Of a stretch of 64,000 bases of DNA, positions 9,111 to 18,059 are shown one piece after another. Within the stretch, counting starts at the first letter, position 1. Every line of letters starts with the position of its first letter. Made by a program: the position numbers and the translations under genes. Location of the stretch: positions 17,433 to 81,432 of the forward strand of contig JAHDCP010000002.1 in the NCBI GenBank assembly GCA_020629775.1. Direction: 5' to 3'. Source of the stretch: Planktomarina sp. Lineage in GTDB: Bacteria > Pseudomonadota > Alphaproteobacteria > Rhodobacterales > Rhodobacteraceae. Under the pieces are notes generated by a model. It saw only the letters and a list, made by a program, of their open reading frames with translations, had not been told where the DNA came from and searched no databases.

Positions 9111-12011
9111 TTAGGTTTTTGGCATCTTCAGAGTAATGCTGCGACCGCGCTTAACATAACGTAAGCGGCCGTTGCCGATTTCCGCAACGCGGCCACCGTC
9201 CAAGCGATCACCTACTTTAACAGTTACGAAACTTCCGTTGGGCAATCGGACCAGTGCTTTTGGGTTTTTCTTGGTGCCACTGACGCCCATCAACCCCACA
9301 CGCCGCAAGTTCACGACGTTGGAAACAGTGGCATTCTTTTGAACGCTTCCGTTTGTTTTCCCCGAAGGTTTGGCAATTTCATTCCGTTTTGCCACCACTA
9401 CACGCCCAGTTGTTTCTGGCGGATCTTCTGCTTTGGGGGTTGGCTTGGGGGCGCTGGCCTTGCGGGCCGCGGCGCGTTCAACAGAACGTGGGCGCGCGGC
9501 CGGTCGTTTTGTGGCGACGGCACGGGGTAAGCTTGCCGTTGCAGCAGAAGCTGCTGTTCGGGTGGCGGTTGCCGTGGCTGCGCTGGCCAATTCTGTTTCA
9601 GTGTTTTCCGGTTCCGCTGGCTGTGGTGCAGGCTCTGCCGGTGCGGTGGGTTCTGGCTTCGGCTCTGGTTTGGGTGCAGTCGATGCCGCCAAGCCCCGTG
9701 GGCGAATAGACGGGCGAACCTTTGCCAAGGCCCGCTGCTGTTCTGCTGACCAATTGCTGTCAAACGCGTCTTCAGCCAAATCTGCTGGCCGCAAAGAGGG
9801 GCGTTTAGTGAGAATTGGTTCTGGCGCTTGGTCAGTTGCTTCCTCAACAGTTGGCGTACCAGGCCGCAAAGAGGGTGCAACGGCAAATAATGGTGCCAGG
9901 TCAGTGCTTTCGGCGGTCTGTTCATCGTCTGTTTGCACAGCATCTGCTTGAGCTGCTTCAGTTTGCGTTGAATCTTGTGAATCGGTGGTTGCCTCATCTG
10001 CAACCGTTGGTGTTTCCGCATCCTCTGGGGGCAAATCTGTGGTGAGGGTGATATCGTCTGTCTCCGCCGCGACTGGTTGGACTTCCGGTTCTTCGACGCT
10101 CTCAACGCTGGGTCTGGTTTCAGGACGAATGGCCGGCGCCGCGAAAGTCACCTGCTGACCGTCCAAAATGACGGTCATACCAGCCAAATTTCGCGAAGGC
10201 GGTACAATTTCTGGCCGCCCCAACACAAATTCCTGAGGGGCGTCCGTTGCGGCATTCGCCAGATTTGCTGGTGAGTTTAGATCCCCTGTCGCGTTTTCCA
10301 GCGGGGCAAGAATATTTTCAGCCAAGCTTTCTGGTGTTGCGGGGCTTTCCGTGACTGGGGAAGTGGTGGCCAGATCATCGGTTTCCGCTAATGCCAGCGG
10401 TGCTGTTGGAATTGTCGCTTCAGGGGCTGTGCCAGCATTTGTCTGCCCGTCATCACCTGGCTGGTTTGTTTGCGCCAATGCAAGGGTGGTTTGTGCCAGG
10501 AACCGATCTCCAACACCGGGCGCTAATTGCGGGGCTTGGATTGCGGCGGGCGCTGCGGGGGCGGGCGTCAAACTAGAAAAAGACTGACTTCCAGCCTGGG
10601 TGGTCACCGAAACGGCATCCAGAGCGCTGGCAGACAACGCCGGGTTTGGTGGAATGGGCGGGATCGTCCAAACCCCTGTAGACGCGTATCTGCGCAAATC
10701 GGGTTCGTTCGTCGCCGCCCCGATAAATTGGTCCAAAACATCAGCCAGAACCGCTTCTAAAGCCAAATTCCGCCCAGCCAAAGGATCGTTGGGTGCAGAC
10801 AGAGTGATTGCCGCCCCGTCACCAGAAAAGATCCTTGGCAGACCTTCGGGAAGGGCAGATGTTTTGGGCAGTCTTGAAGGAAAAGCGATGCCTTGCGTGG
10901 CCGCGGACACAACGATGTTGTCGGCGACCATTTCAGTTGGGTATTCTTCCGTTGCTTGAACAACCCTTGCATCGTTGGTTGCAGGCAGTAATTCGACGCT
11001 GGCGAAAGTTTCGGGGCTTGCAGGTGCAAACCCCAGCCATGCTGCAACCCGTTCGCGACCGGCGGTGCCTGCCCATGCGGCGAACGCGAACAACAGCAGC
11101 AGCAACAGTGCGGTCAGCAACAGGCCGACAACCTTTTTGCGCCGTTCCCGCCCTGCCTTTTTTGATTGCAGTGTGTCCAAAGATGCCGCAGCGGCAGCTT
11201 GTTTTTTCTTTTCCGAATTGCTCGATTTCGGTGCAGGTGCAGGTGCAGGTGCAGGTGCAGGTGCAGGTGCAGGTGCAGGTTTTGCAGGGGGCAACGGTGT
11301 TGCGGCCACAACTGCAGGGGCCGCATTTGGTGCGGCGACAGGGGTGGTTTCGGCTAGTTTTGGCGCAGGCGCGGCAGGCGGTTTGGCGGCGGGCGCTGCT
11401 TTTTGTTTTGGGGTCGGGTCTTTTGGGGCCGCTGCAGTCACCGCAGCCTTTGGTGGGGCAATCGACTTGATCGCTTCATGTTTCGCAAACGGCAGTTTTG
11501 CACCCAAGGCCGATGGTTCAAATACTGCGAATTCGTTTGACCAATCCCCACCGGGCAAAGCGACAAATCCAAGAATATCAAAATTTTGGGCAGTCAAAAA
11601 GTTTGTCGCTTCGTCCAGCGTTTCTGTGGCCACCGCTGCGACCTGCATTTTTCCTGCAGCCGCTTTTGAAGCAGTTCGCAATTCATCGGCAGCGTAAGGA
11701 GTTGCTGCAACAACGGCATCAAGGATGGCGCTTTGGTTTGCTTTTGCATCTTCCAAAGACAAAAGCTTTACCTGGTCCATGGGCAAAGCAACCCAAACAG
11801 GCGTGGTTTTTTTGTCTGAGTCGGCGGTTTTACGCATAACTGACAGCGCAGCCCCCAAGTCCGGGGAATCAAATCCAACAGATCCCTGCACGCACCATCC
11901 TTTGGTGCCAGACGCATCCTGCCCCAACCGTTCCATAACGATCGCGGTGTCGGTTAAATTCAGAAGAAAGGTCGTTTCTGTCAAAATGCCACCATTCGTA
12001 TCACGCCCCAC
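9111..12011 (-). CDS. large hypothetical membrane-anchored Pro/Ala/Thr-rich protein (about 170-aa N-terminal folded domain, one TM helix, long low-complexity region, small C-terminal beta-rich domain)
   Basis: 966-aa track ORF with an apparent GTG start. A basic stretch plus the TM helix RERRKKVVGLLLTALLLLLLFAFAAWAG. Contains a (PA)n run and acidic/Thr-rich tracts. C-terminus is ...LVRLPNGSFVTVKVGDRLDGGRVAEIGNGRLRYVKRGRSITLKMP. Start is uncertain. Confidence 0.6.
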   Translation of the reverse strand: MGRDTNGGILTETTFLLNLTDTAIVMERLGQDASGTKGWCVQGSVGFDSPDLGAALSVMRKTADSDKKTTPVWVALPMDQVKLLSLEDAKANQSAILDAVVAATPYAADELRTASKAAAGKMQVAAVATETLDEATNFLTAQNFDILGFVALPGGDWSNEFAVFEPSALGAKLPFAKHEAIKSIAPPKAAVTAAAPKDPTPKQKAAPAAKPPAAPAPKLAETTPVAAPNAAPAVVAATPLPPAKPAPAPAPAPAPAPAPAPKSSNSEKKKQAAAAASLDTLQSKKAGRERRKKVVGLLLTALLLLLLFAFAAWAGTAGRERVAAWLGFAPASPETFASVELLPATNDARVVQATEEYPTEMVADNIVVSAATQGIAFPSRLPKTSALPEGLPRIFSGDGAAITLSAPNDPLAGRNLALEAVLADVLDQFIGAATNEPDLRRYASTGVWTIPPIPPNPALSASALDAVSVTTQAGSQSFSSLTPAPAAPAAIQAPQLAPGVGDRFLAQTTLALAQTNQPGDDGQTNAGTAPEATIPTAPLALAETDDLATTSPVTESPATPESLAENILAPLENATGDLNSPANLANAATDAPQEFVLGRPEIVPPSRNLAGMTVILDGQQVTFAAPAIRPETRPSVESVEEPEVQPVAAETDDITLTTDLPPEDAETPTVADEATTDSQDSTQTEAAQADAVQTDDEQTAESTDLAPLFAVAPSLRPGTPTVEEATDQAPEPILTKRPSLRPADLAEDAFDSNWSAEQQRALAKVRPSIRPRGLAASTAPKPEPKPEPTAPAEPAPQPAEPENTETELASAATATATRTAASAATASLPRAVATKRPAARPRSVERAAARKASAPKPTPKAEDPPETTGRVVVAKRNEIAKPSGKTNGSVQKNATVSNVVNLRRVGLMGVSGTKKNPKALVRLPNGSFVTVKVGDRLDGGRVAEIGNGRLRYVKRGRSITLKMPKT
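11231..11280. repeat. perfect hexanucleotide microsatellite (GTGCAG)x8.3 encoding the (PA)n run of the 966-aa protein
   Basis: Read directly as gtgcaggtgcaggtgcag... with no interruption from 11231 to 11280. It is in frame, since the unit is 6 nt. Confidence 0.95.
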
Positions 12012-12172
12012 CTTGGTCTTACACCAAGTGGGAATTCCAACAAGGGTTAAAGCCCTGTTTTCCCTACGTGTTTTTCAGCGTCCTTGTGTTTGCGGGTTTA
12101 ATCTTCTCAAGATATTGTAAAAATCCAAGAAAGCCCATGCCTATGGGGCAACACAATCAAGCGAGGTCGCCC

Positions 12173-12586
12173 ATGTTAACACCATTTCATTTGGCTTTGA
12201 ATGTTGGCGATTTGGCCCAAACGCGGGCGTTTTACGTCGATGTTTTGGGGGCAAAAGAAGGGCGTAGTACCGAAACTTGGGTGGATTTTGATTTTTTCGG
12301 ACATCAGTTGTCGTTTCATCTTGGGCCTATTTTGGAAACCCGAACGACTGGCAGGGTGGGCGATCATATGGTCCCAATGCCCCACTTTGGGATCGTCTTG
12401 CATTTGCCTGAATGGCGGGCTTTGGCAAACCGGCTTGAAGCCGCCAAAGTCGATTTTATTATCCCACCCTCTGTTCGGTTTCAAAATCAGCCGGGTGAAC
12501 AATGGACGATGTTCTTCAAAGATCCTTTTGGTAATCCCATTGAAGCGAAAGGCTTTGCCAATCTTGATGCAGTCTTTGCATCCTAG
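12173..12586 (+). CDS. VOC-family (glyoxalase/bleomycin-resistance/dioxygenase fold) protein
   Basis: MLTPFHLALNVGDLAQTRAFYVDVLG... is a typical VOC N-terminal beta-alpha-beta unit. The ATG at 12173 is preceded by GCGAGG (12161-12166). The track ORF opens earlier, at 12068. Confidence 0.75.
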   Translation: MLTPFHLALNVGDLAQTRAFYVDVLGAKEGRSTETWVDFDFFGHQLSFHLGPILETRTTGRVGDHMVPMPHFGIVLHLPEWRALANRLEAAKVDFIIPPSVRFQNQPGEQWTMFFKDPFGNPIEAKGFANLDAVFAS

Positions 12587-12587
12587 A

Positions 12588-13571
12588 TCACCGCATCCAA
12601 AACCCTTCGCGTTTGATTGTGTTTCGAATTTGCCGTTCTTTGCGGGGCAGGTTATTTTGATCAAACAAATCCCGCACTTTGTGCCCACGTTTTTGATACA
12701 CCATGCGTTTGATGGGATCATATTCTTTGACAACTTTTTTGATCTTGTTGGGGGCCAAAACCGTTTCAAGGGTTTCTACAACTTGGTCAGATTCCCGGGC
12801 ATATAGCAGCGGCAACAAGCGATAATGGCAGGTTACAGACCCATCCAGAAGCCCATCTGGCAATGCATCGCGTTTGCCACCCAGTTTATGGATCACCAAA
12901 GGCAGGGCCACTTGATCCAACCAAGGATCTAAATTCTGACAGACCAATGGGGCAGGGCCGTTGTGCAAAATTTGGGTCGCATACTCTGTGAATAAGTCGC
13001 CGAAAATCTTCGGGCACCGATAATAAAAGAAACCAGCGTTAAAATAGAGATATCTTCGCCAAAATTCATCGGGTTGGCTTTTGTCCAGGCTGCTTTCAAA
13101 ATCCAACCCGAACATGTCGTAAAGACTTTTCCAAATTTCGGTATACCCTGGACCGTACAGTTCAAGTTCTGGCCAAGTGCCTGTCACCTTGTTTGATGCA
13201 GAAGGCACATCAAAATCGAAGGGCACTTTTTCCAGATCGTCCAAGATCAAGGTATCTGTGTCAAAGAAAACGAAAGGTTCGCCTTCAGGCAGGGCTTTCA
13301 AGGCTTCGATTTTATTTCCGTAAGGATACGATGACCCGAAGTGAACCGTGTCAAAGTCTACGATTTCAGCGCCCAAATCTGAAAGAACCATCCGCACATC
13401 TGCGTTGCTTATGTTTGGATTGTTTTGCCACCGGTCGCCATGTCTGGGGGTTGCTACAAAGACTTTGCCCTTGAAATTCGGACATTTCGCCTTGAGGGAC
13501 GCCATGAAGATGATCGCTTCATACTGCAAACGACCCGACTGGCCCACCACAACAATATTGAACTGCGACAT
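12588..13571 (-). CDS. hypothetical nucleotide-diphospho-sugar transferase, GT8-like
   Basis: 327-aa ORF with a DxD-type motif (FFDTDTLIL) and YLYFNAGFFYY, which resembles the GT8 YFNAG motif. It is visibly AT-richer than its neighbours. Confidence 0.5.
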   Translation of the reverse strand: MSQFNIVVVGQSGRLQYEAIIFMASLKAKCPNFKGKVFVATPRHGDRWQNNPNISNADVRMVLSDLGAEIVDFDTVHFGSSYPYGNKIEALKALPEGEPFVFFDTDTLILDDLEKVPFDFDVPSASNKVTGTWPELELYGPGYTEIWKSLYDMFGLDFESSLDKSQPDEFWRRYLYFNAGFFYYRCPKIFGDLFTEYATQILHNGPAPLVCQNLDPWLDQVALPLVIHKLGGKRDALPDGLLDGSVTCHYRLLPLLYARESDQVVETLETVLAPNKIKKVVKEYDPIKRMVYQKRGHKVRDLFDQNNLPRKERQIRNTIKREGFWMR

Positions 13572-13804
13572 GACACTCTCTTACGGCGCGGGGGCCTTTG
13601 CTTTCCATCAGTTTATTGTATCCAGGTTAACAACAATTTGTCACGGGGAATGAACCAATCAAAAGGTCGCGGGCGTGTTTGTGCCAACACCCTTTGTAAT
13701 GGATTTTCGAAACCGCTTGCGCCGCCACGGCGGCACCAATATGAAGCACCGAAATTTTCTGGTCATACGGCCGTTTTGGCCATGAATATCGCAAGGATGA
13801 TAAG

Positions 13805-15136
13805 ATGCAGGTTACTGAAACCCTGAACGAAGGCCTCAAGCGCGCCTATGACATTGTGATCCCGGCAGCTGACCTGGATTCCAAAGTGGATGCCAAGCTG
13901 ACCGAGGCACAACCCGACATCGAAATGAAGGGCTTCCGCAAAGGCAAAGTTCCAATGCCGCTTTTGAAAAAGCAGTATGGTGAACGTCTGTTGGGCGAAG
14001 TCATGCAAGAAACCATCGATGGTGCAATGTCTGACCATTTCGAAAAGTCCGGCGATCGCCCTGCAATGCAACCAGACGTGAAGATGACCAATGAAGATTG
14101 GAAAATCGGCGACGATGTGAACGTAACAATGTCTTACGAAGCGTTGCCTGAAATTCCTGAAGTTGATCTGTCCGACATCAGCTTGGAAAAAATGGTTGTT
14201 AAAGCGGATGATGCTTCCGTGGACGAAGCATTGGCAAACTTGGCTGAAACTGCGCAAAACTTTGTTGATCGCAAAAAAGGGTCCAAGGCCAAGGATGGCG
14301 ATCAAGTGACCATGGATTTTGTTGGTTCGGTTGACGGCGAAGAATTCGAAGGTGGGTCTGCAGAAGATTACCCGCTCGTTTTGGGGTCTAACTCCTTTAT
14401 TCCAGGCTTTGAAGAGCAGTTGGTGGGCGTCAAAGCCGGCGAAGAGAAATCTGTTGAAGTGAAATTCCCCGATGAATACGGCGCAGAAAACCTGGCCGGT
14501 AAAGACGCTGTTTTCGCTTGCACCATCAAAGCCGTGAAAGCCCCTGAAGCTGCAGAAATCGACGATGAGATGGCCAAGAAATTTGGTGCAGAAGATCTTG
14601 CTGGCCTCAAGACGCAAATCACTGAACGTTTGGAAGCTGAATACGCCGGTGCCGCCCGTGCCGTTCAAAAACGGGCACTTTTGGATGCGTTGGATAAAAA
14701 AGTAAGCTTCGATCTTCCGCCTTCATTGCTGGACGCCGAAGCCGACCAAATCGCACACCAGTTGTGGCACGATGAAAACCCAGAAGTTCAAGGGCATGAT
14801 CACGAAAAGATCGAAGCCACAGACGAGCATCGTGAATTGGCGGCCCGTCGGGTTCGTTTGGGTCTGTTGTTGGCTGAATTGGGCCAGAAAGCCGAAGTCG
14901 AAGTCACTGACGCTGAAATGACCCAAGCGATGATGAACCAAGCACGCCAGTACCCTGGGCAAGAACGCCAGTTCTTTGAATTCGTTCAGCAAAATCCACA
15001 AATGCAGCAGCAGATGCGTGCACCTTTGTTTGAAGACAAAGTTGTAGACTATGTTTTTGAATTGGCTGAAATCAAAGAAAAGACCGTCAGCAAAGACGAT
15101 CTGCAAAAAGCAGTGGAAGCGCTTGAAGACGAGTAA
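13805..15136 (+). CDS. tig: trigger factor
   Basis: 443 aa. The N-terminal [24 protein letters not shown]... ribosome-binding domain, a central FKBP-type region and an acidic C-terminus are typical of Tig. Confidence 0.9.
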   Translation: MQVTETLNEGLKRAYDIVIPAADLDSKVDAKLTEAQPDIEMKGFRKGKVPMPLLKKQYGERLLGEVMQETIDGAMSDHFEKSGDRPAMQPDVKMTNEDWKIGDDVNVTMSYEALPEIPEVDLSDISLEKMVVKADDASVDEALANLAETAQNFVDRKKGSKAKDGDQVTMDFVGSVDGEEFEGGSAEDYPLVLGSNSFIPGFEEQLVGVKAGEEKSVEVKFPDEYGAENLAGKDAVFACTIKAVKAPEAAEIDDEMAKKFGAEDLAGLKTQITERLEAEYAGAARAVQKRALLDALDKKVSFDLPPSLLDAEADQIAHQLWHDENPEVQGHDHEKIEATDEHRELAARRVRLGLLLAELGQKAEVEVTDAEMTQAMMNQARQYPGQERQFFEFVQQNPQMQQQMRAPLFEDKVVDYVFELAEIKEKTVSKDDLQKAVEALEDE

Positions 15137-15161
15137 ATCCAAACACCAAATATTGTGAAAA

Positions 15162-15188
15162 GGGGGTGCTTTCGCGCCCCCTTTTTTT
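15162..15188 (+). terminator. rho-independent terminator of tig
   Basis: GGGGGTGC-tttc-GCGCCCCC forms an 8-bp stem with one G-U pair, followed by T7 (15182-15188). It lies 26 nt after the tig stop. Confidence 0.8.
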
Positions 15189-15333
15189 GTGGACTGAAAG
15201 GCTGAGACGGGGTGTAAAGGGACCAAAGGTGGTCTGATCAATGATCCTTAGGAATTCACATATTCGATTTTTGGCGCGCAGTTTGAACGTCATTTTTTTT
15301 CCGCGTCTAAAAGCGCCTGCGACGCTCAAAGGT

Positions 15334-15957
15334 ATGAACACCGCATTTGAGGCAGACACCCAGCATCCAGATCAAGGCATCATGCCTTTGGGGGCCTACA
15401 GTTACAGCATTTCTTACCATCCTAATATTGCAGAAGTCGGACGGTATTGTTCCATCGGGTCCGGTGTCAAAGTTATGGGGGATGCGCATCCAGTTGAATG
15501 GGTGTCGACGCATCCAATTTTTTACAACAAAAACCGATTCAAGCGACACACAAACCGCGAAGCACCGAAAAATAGGCCGAGCTTTCGCGCACGTGCAGAT
15601 GGTGTGACGATTGGGAATGATGTTTGGATCGCTGACGATGTTTCCATCAGGGGTGGGGTGACGATAGGGGATGGAGCGGTCGTGGCTTATGGCGCGGTGG
15701 TAACAAAAGATGTGCCGCCATACGCTGTGGTGGCTGGTGTTCCTGCAAAGATTGTGCGGTTCAGGTATTCTGAAGCTGATATCGAAAGGTTTTTAGCCGC
15801 AAAATGGTGGGACTATTCCATTGATCAATTGGGGGATTTGCCACCAGATCAGGCTGATTTGTTCTTAGATGGCGTGGAAAATGGCCGATCCCAATGGGAT
15901 GTGATGCCAGTCAAAAGACAAAAGATCGGTGACCTGTTTCCAGGGAATTCATCTTAA
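15334..15957 (+). CDS. hexapeptide-repeat xenobiotic acetyltransferase (XAT class, Vat/CatB-like)
   Basis: GAYSYSISYHPNIAEVGRYCSIGSGVKVMGDAHPVEWVSTHPIF, then VTIGNDVWIADDVSIRGGVTIGDGAVVAYGAVVTKDVPPYAVVAGVPAKIVRFRY. ATG at 15334; the track ORF opens at 15241. Confidence 0.75.
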   Translation: MNTAFEADTQHPDQGIMPLGAYSYSISYHPNIAEVGRYCSIGSGVKVMGDAHPVEWVSTHPIFYNKNRFKRHTNREAPKNRPSFRARADGVTIGNDVWIADDVSIRGGVTIGDGAVVAYGAVVTKDVPPYAVVAGVPAKIVRFRYSEADIERFLAAKWWDYSIDQLGDLPPDQADLFLDGVENGRSQWDVMPVKRQKIGDLFPGNSS

Positions 15958-16032
15958 GTTTTCAGAAAATTTGCAATCGGTGTGCACCGAAGGTTCGCAA
16001 GGGGCCACGGCCGAAGCCATGGCCCAGTTCTA

Positions 16033-16659
16033 TTATTGTTCGTCTTCGTCAGACGCTTCTGCAGCGGGGGCCGCTGGTGCGTCGTCATCCATGTCGTCCA
16101 GTTGGGCGGCACCGATATCGTCGAACAGTTCTTGGATTTCGAATTCAGCAGCGGCTTCTTCTTCCGCGGCCAATTCTTGGATCGATTTACCTGAAGCCTG
16201 CAATTCTGCTTCTTCAGGGGACCGTGCAACGTTCAAAGTAACCGTGGCTTCCACCTCGGGGTGCATTTGAACTGTTACGTTGTGCAGGCCCAGGTCTTTG
16301 ATGGGGGCTTGCAGAACGACCTGCTTTTTATCCACTGTGAAACCAGCTTCAGTCGCTGCTTCAGCGGCGTCACGTGTGGTGACAGAACCGTAAAGCGCGC
16401 CTGCGTCGGACGCAGACCGGATCACGATGAACGATTCGCCGTCCAAACGTGAAGCCATGTCTTCAGCTTCTTTCTTGGTTTCCAAGTTACGGGCTTCCAA
16501 TTGCGCTTTTTGGGCGTCGAACATTTTGATGTTCTGCTCAGAAGCACGCATGGCTTTGCCAGTTGGGATCAAGAAGTTACGTGCGTAACCTTCTTTAACA
16601 GTCACAACGTCGCCCATTTGGCCCAGTTTGGCCACACGTTCCATAAGGATGATTTGCAT
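16033..16659 (-). CDS. rplI: 50S ribosomal protein L9 with acidic C-terminal extension
   Basis: [36 protein letters not shown] is a canonical L9 N-terminus. The last ~55 aa are Asp/Glu/Ala-rich. Confidence 0.95.
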   Translation of the reverse strand: MQIILMERVAKLGQMGDVVTVKEGYARNFLIPTGKAMRASEQNIKMFDAQKAQLEARNLETKKEAEDMASRLDGESFIVIRSASDAGALYGSVTTRDAAEAATEAGFTVDKKQVVLQAPIKDLGLHNVTVQMHPEVEATVTLNVARSPEEAELQASGKSIQELAAEEEAAAEFEIQELFDDIGAAQLDDMDDDAPAAPAAEASDEDEQ

Positions 16660-16670
16660 TGCTTCTCTCC

Positions 16671-16898
16671 TTATTTCACGGCGTAGGGCAGCAGGGCCAA
16701 GAACCGTGCGCGTTTGATGGCGCGGGCCAGTTCACGTTGTTTCTTTGCAGAAACAGCGGTGATCCGCGAAGGTACGATTTTGCCACGCTCAGAAATGTAG
16801 CGTTGCAGAAGTTTCGTATCTTTGTAGTCGATCTTCGGCGCGTTATCCCCGGAAAACGGGCAAACTTTGCGACGGCGGAAAAATGGCTTTGAACCCAT
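16671..16898 (-). CDS. rpsR: 30S ribosomal protein S18
   Basis: ...[50 protein letters not shown] is the S18 signature. Confidence 0.95.
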   Translation of the reverse strand: MGSKPFFRRRKVCPFSGDNAPKIDYKDTKLLQRYISERGKIVPSRITAVSAKKQRELARAIKRARFLALLPYAVK

Positions 16899-16901
16899 GG
16901 T

Positions 16902-17258
16902 TTAGTCCTCCCGACGGCGGCGTTCGCCGCGTTCTTCACGTTTTTGCATTTGGATCGATGGGCCTTCGGCGTGTTCGTCCACTTTGATGGTCAGAACGCG
17001 CATCACATCATCATGCAAGCGCATCAGACGTTCCATTTCCTGCACTGCAGCGGAAGGGGCATCTGTTTTCAAGAACGCATAGTGACCTTTGCGGTTCTTG
17101 TTGATTTTGTACGCCATGGTTTTAACGCCCCAGTATTCCTGGTCTACGACGGTACCGCCGTTTTCAGTTAGGACGTTGCTGAATTCTTCAATCAGGCCTT
17201 CGGCCTGGGCACCGGACAAGTCCTGGCGCGAGATAAAGACATGCTCGTAAGCTGGCAT
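16902..17258 (-). CDS. rpsF: 30S ribosomal protein S6
   Basis: MPAYEHVFISRQDLSGAQAEGLIEEF... ATG at 17258, preceded by GGAGAG. The track ORF opens upstream at 17336. Confidence 0.9.
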   Translation of the reverse strand: MPAYEHVFISRQDLSGAQAEGLIEEFSNVLTENGGTVVDQEYWGVKTMAYKINKNRKGHYAFLKTDAPSAAVQEMERLMRLHDDVMRVLTIKVDEHAEGPSIQMQKREERGERRRRED

Positions 17259-17483
17259 GTGCTCTCCTATTTTGTAAGTGCCCTTCAAAGACCAGCCATT
17301 TCCGCAGGGCAGGTCACGAGAGGGTGCACGGTTCAAACGTTTCTGCGGACGCGCCTATCTGTCATGGGTTTGGTTTGGGATCAAGTGTGCAGCTGCGCAC
17401 ATGGGCTGTTGAATGGTGTGGAATTGCGACCATGGTGCAACATTCTATCTTTGCGCCATCGCTAACCCATCGGAGATACCGAA

Positions 17484-18056
17484 ATGAAACGATTTTTCGC
17501 AGCAACATCCTTGATCACAGCCCTGGCGCTTCCTGCATTAGCAGCTCCAGAGAAATACGCGCTCGATCCGAGCCACAGTCAGATTGTTTTTAGCTACAAC
17601 CACCTTGGGTTTTCCACGACATACGGCATGTTTTCAGGCTTCGAGGGTGAAATCATGTTTGACGCTGACGCCCCGGCCGAATCATCCGTTTCCGTTTCTA
17701 TGCCCTTGAAAAGCATTTTCACCGGCTGGGAAGCACGCGATCAGCACATCATGACAGATGAATTTTTGGGTGCGCAAGACGGCGATTTGGTGACATTCAC
17801 GTCCACCAGCATTGAAGTGACAGGTGAAAACACAGCGCTGATCACCGGTGATTTGACCATCAAAGGCATCACAAAACCCGTGGTGCTGGACAGCAAGCTG
17901 AACCAAGCGGGCGATAACCCCATGGAAGGCAAAGCCTGGTTGGGGTTTGACGCAACGACAACGTTGAAACGGTCTGACTTTGGCGCGGGTGCGTTTGCCC
18001 CATTCATCGCTGACGAAATGAACGTAATCATTTCTATTGAAGCGGGCAAAAGCTGA
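17484..18056 (+). CDS. periplasmic YceI-family (polyisoprenoid-binding) protein
   Basis: Signal peptide MKRFFAATSLITALALPALA, then YALDPSHSQIVFSYNHLGFSTTYGMF, the YceI hallmark. Confidence 0.85.
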   Translation: MKRFFAATSLITALALPALAAPEKYALDPSHSQIVFSYNHLGFSTTYGMFSGFEGEIMFDADAPAESSVSVSMPLKSIFTGWEARDQHIMTDEFLGAQDGDLVTFTSTSIEVTGENTALITGDLTIKGITKPVVLDSKLNQAGDNPMEGKAWLGFDATTTLKRSDFGAGAFAPFIADEMNVIISIEAGKS

Positions 18057-18059
18057 TCC

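Noticed and set aside
10808-11697. 220-240-aa plus-strand ORFs opposite the 966-aa gene, including an Ala/Gly-repeat translation of the microsatellite
   Set aside because: They consist of low-complexity mirror translations of the Pro/Ala-rich region. The minus-strand frame is continuous for 966 codons with TM and folded terminal domains.
13572-13804. tRNA or other small RNA gene in the 233-nt spacer upstream of tig (TTCGAAA looked T-loop-like), and a partial CtrA-like TTAA-N7-TTGT at 13628-13642
   Set aside because: The flanks of TTCGAAA do not pair as a T-arm and no cloverleaf can be drawn. The TTAA-N7-TTGT has only one perfect half-site. No tRNA or rRNA was recognised anywhere in the window.
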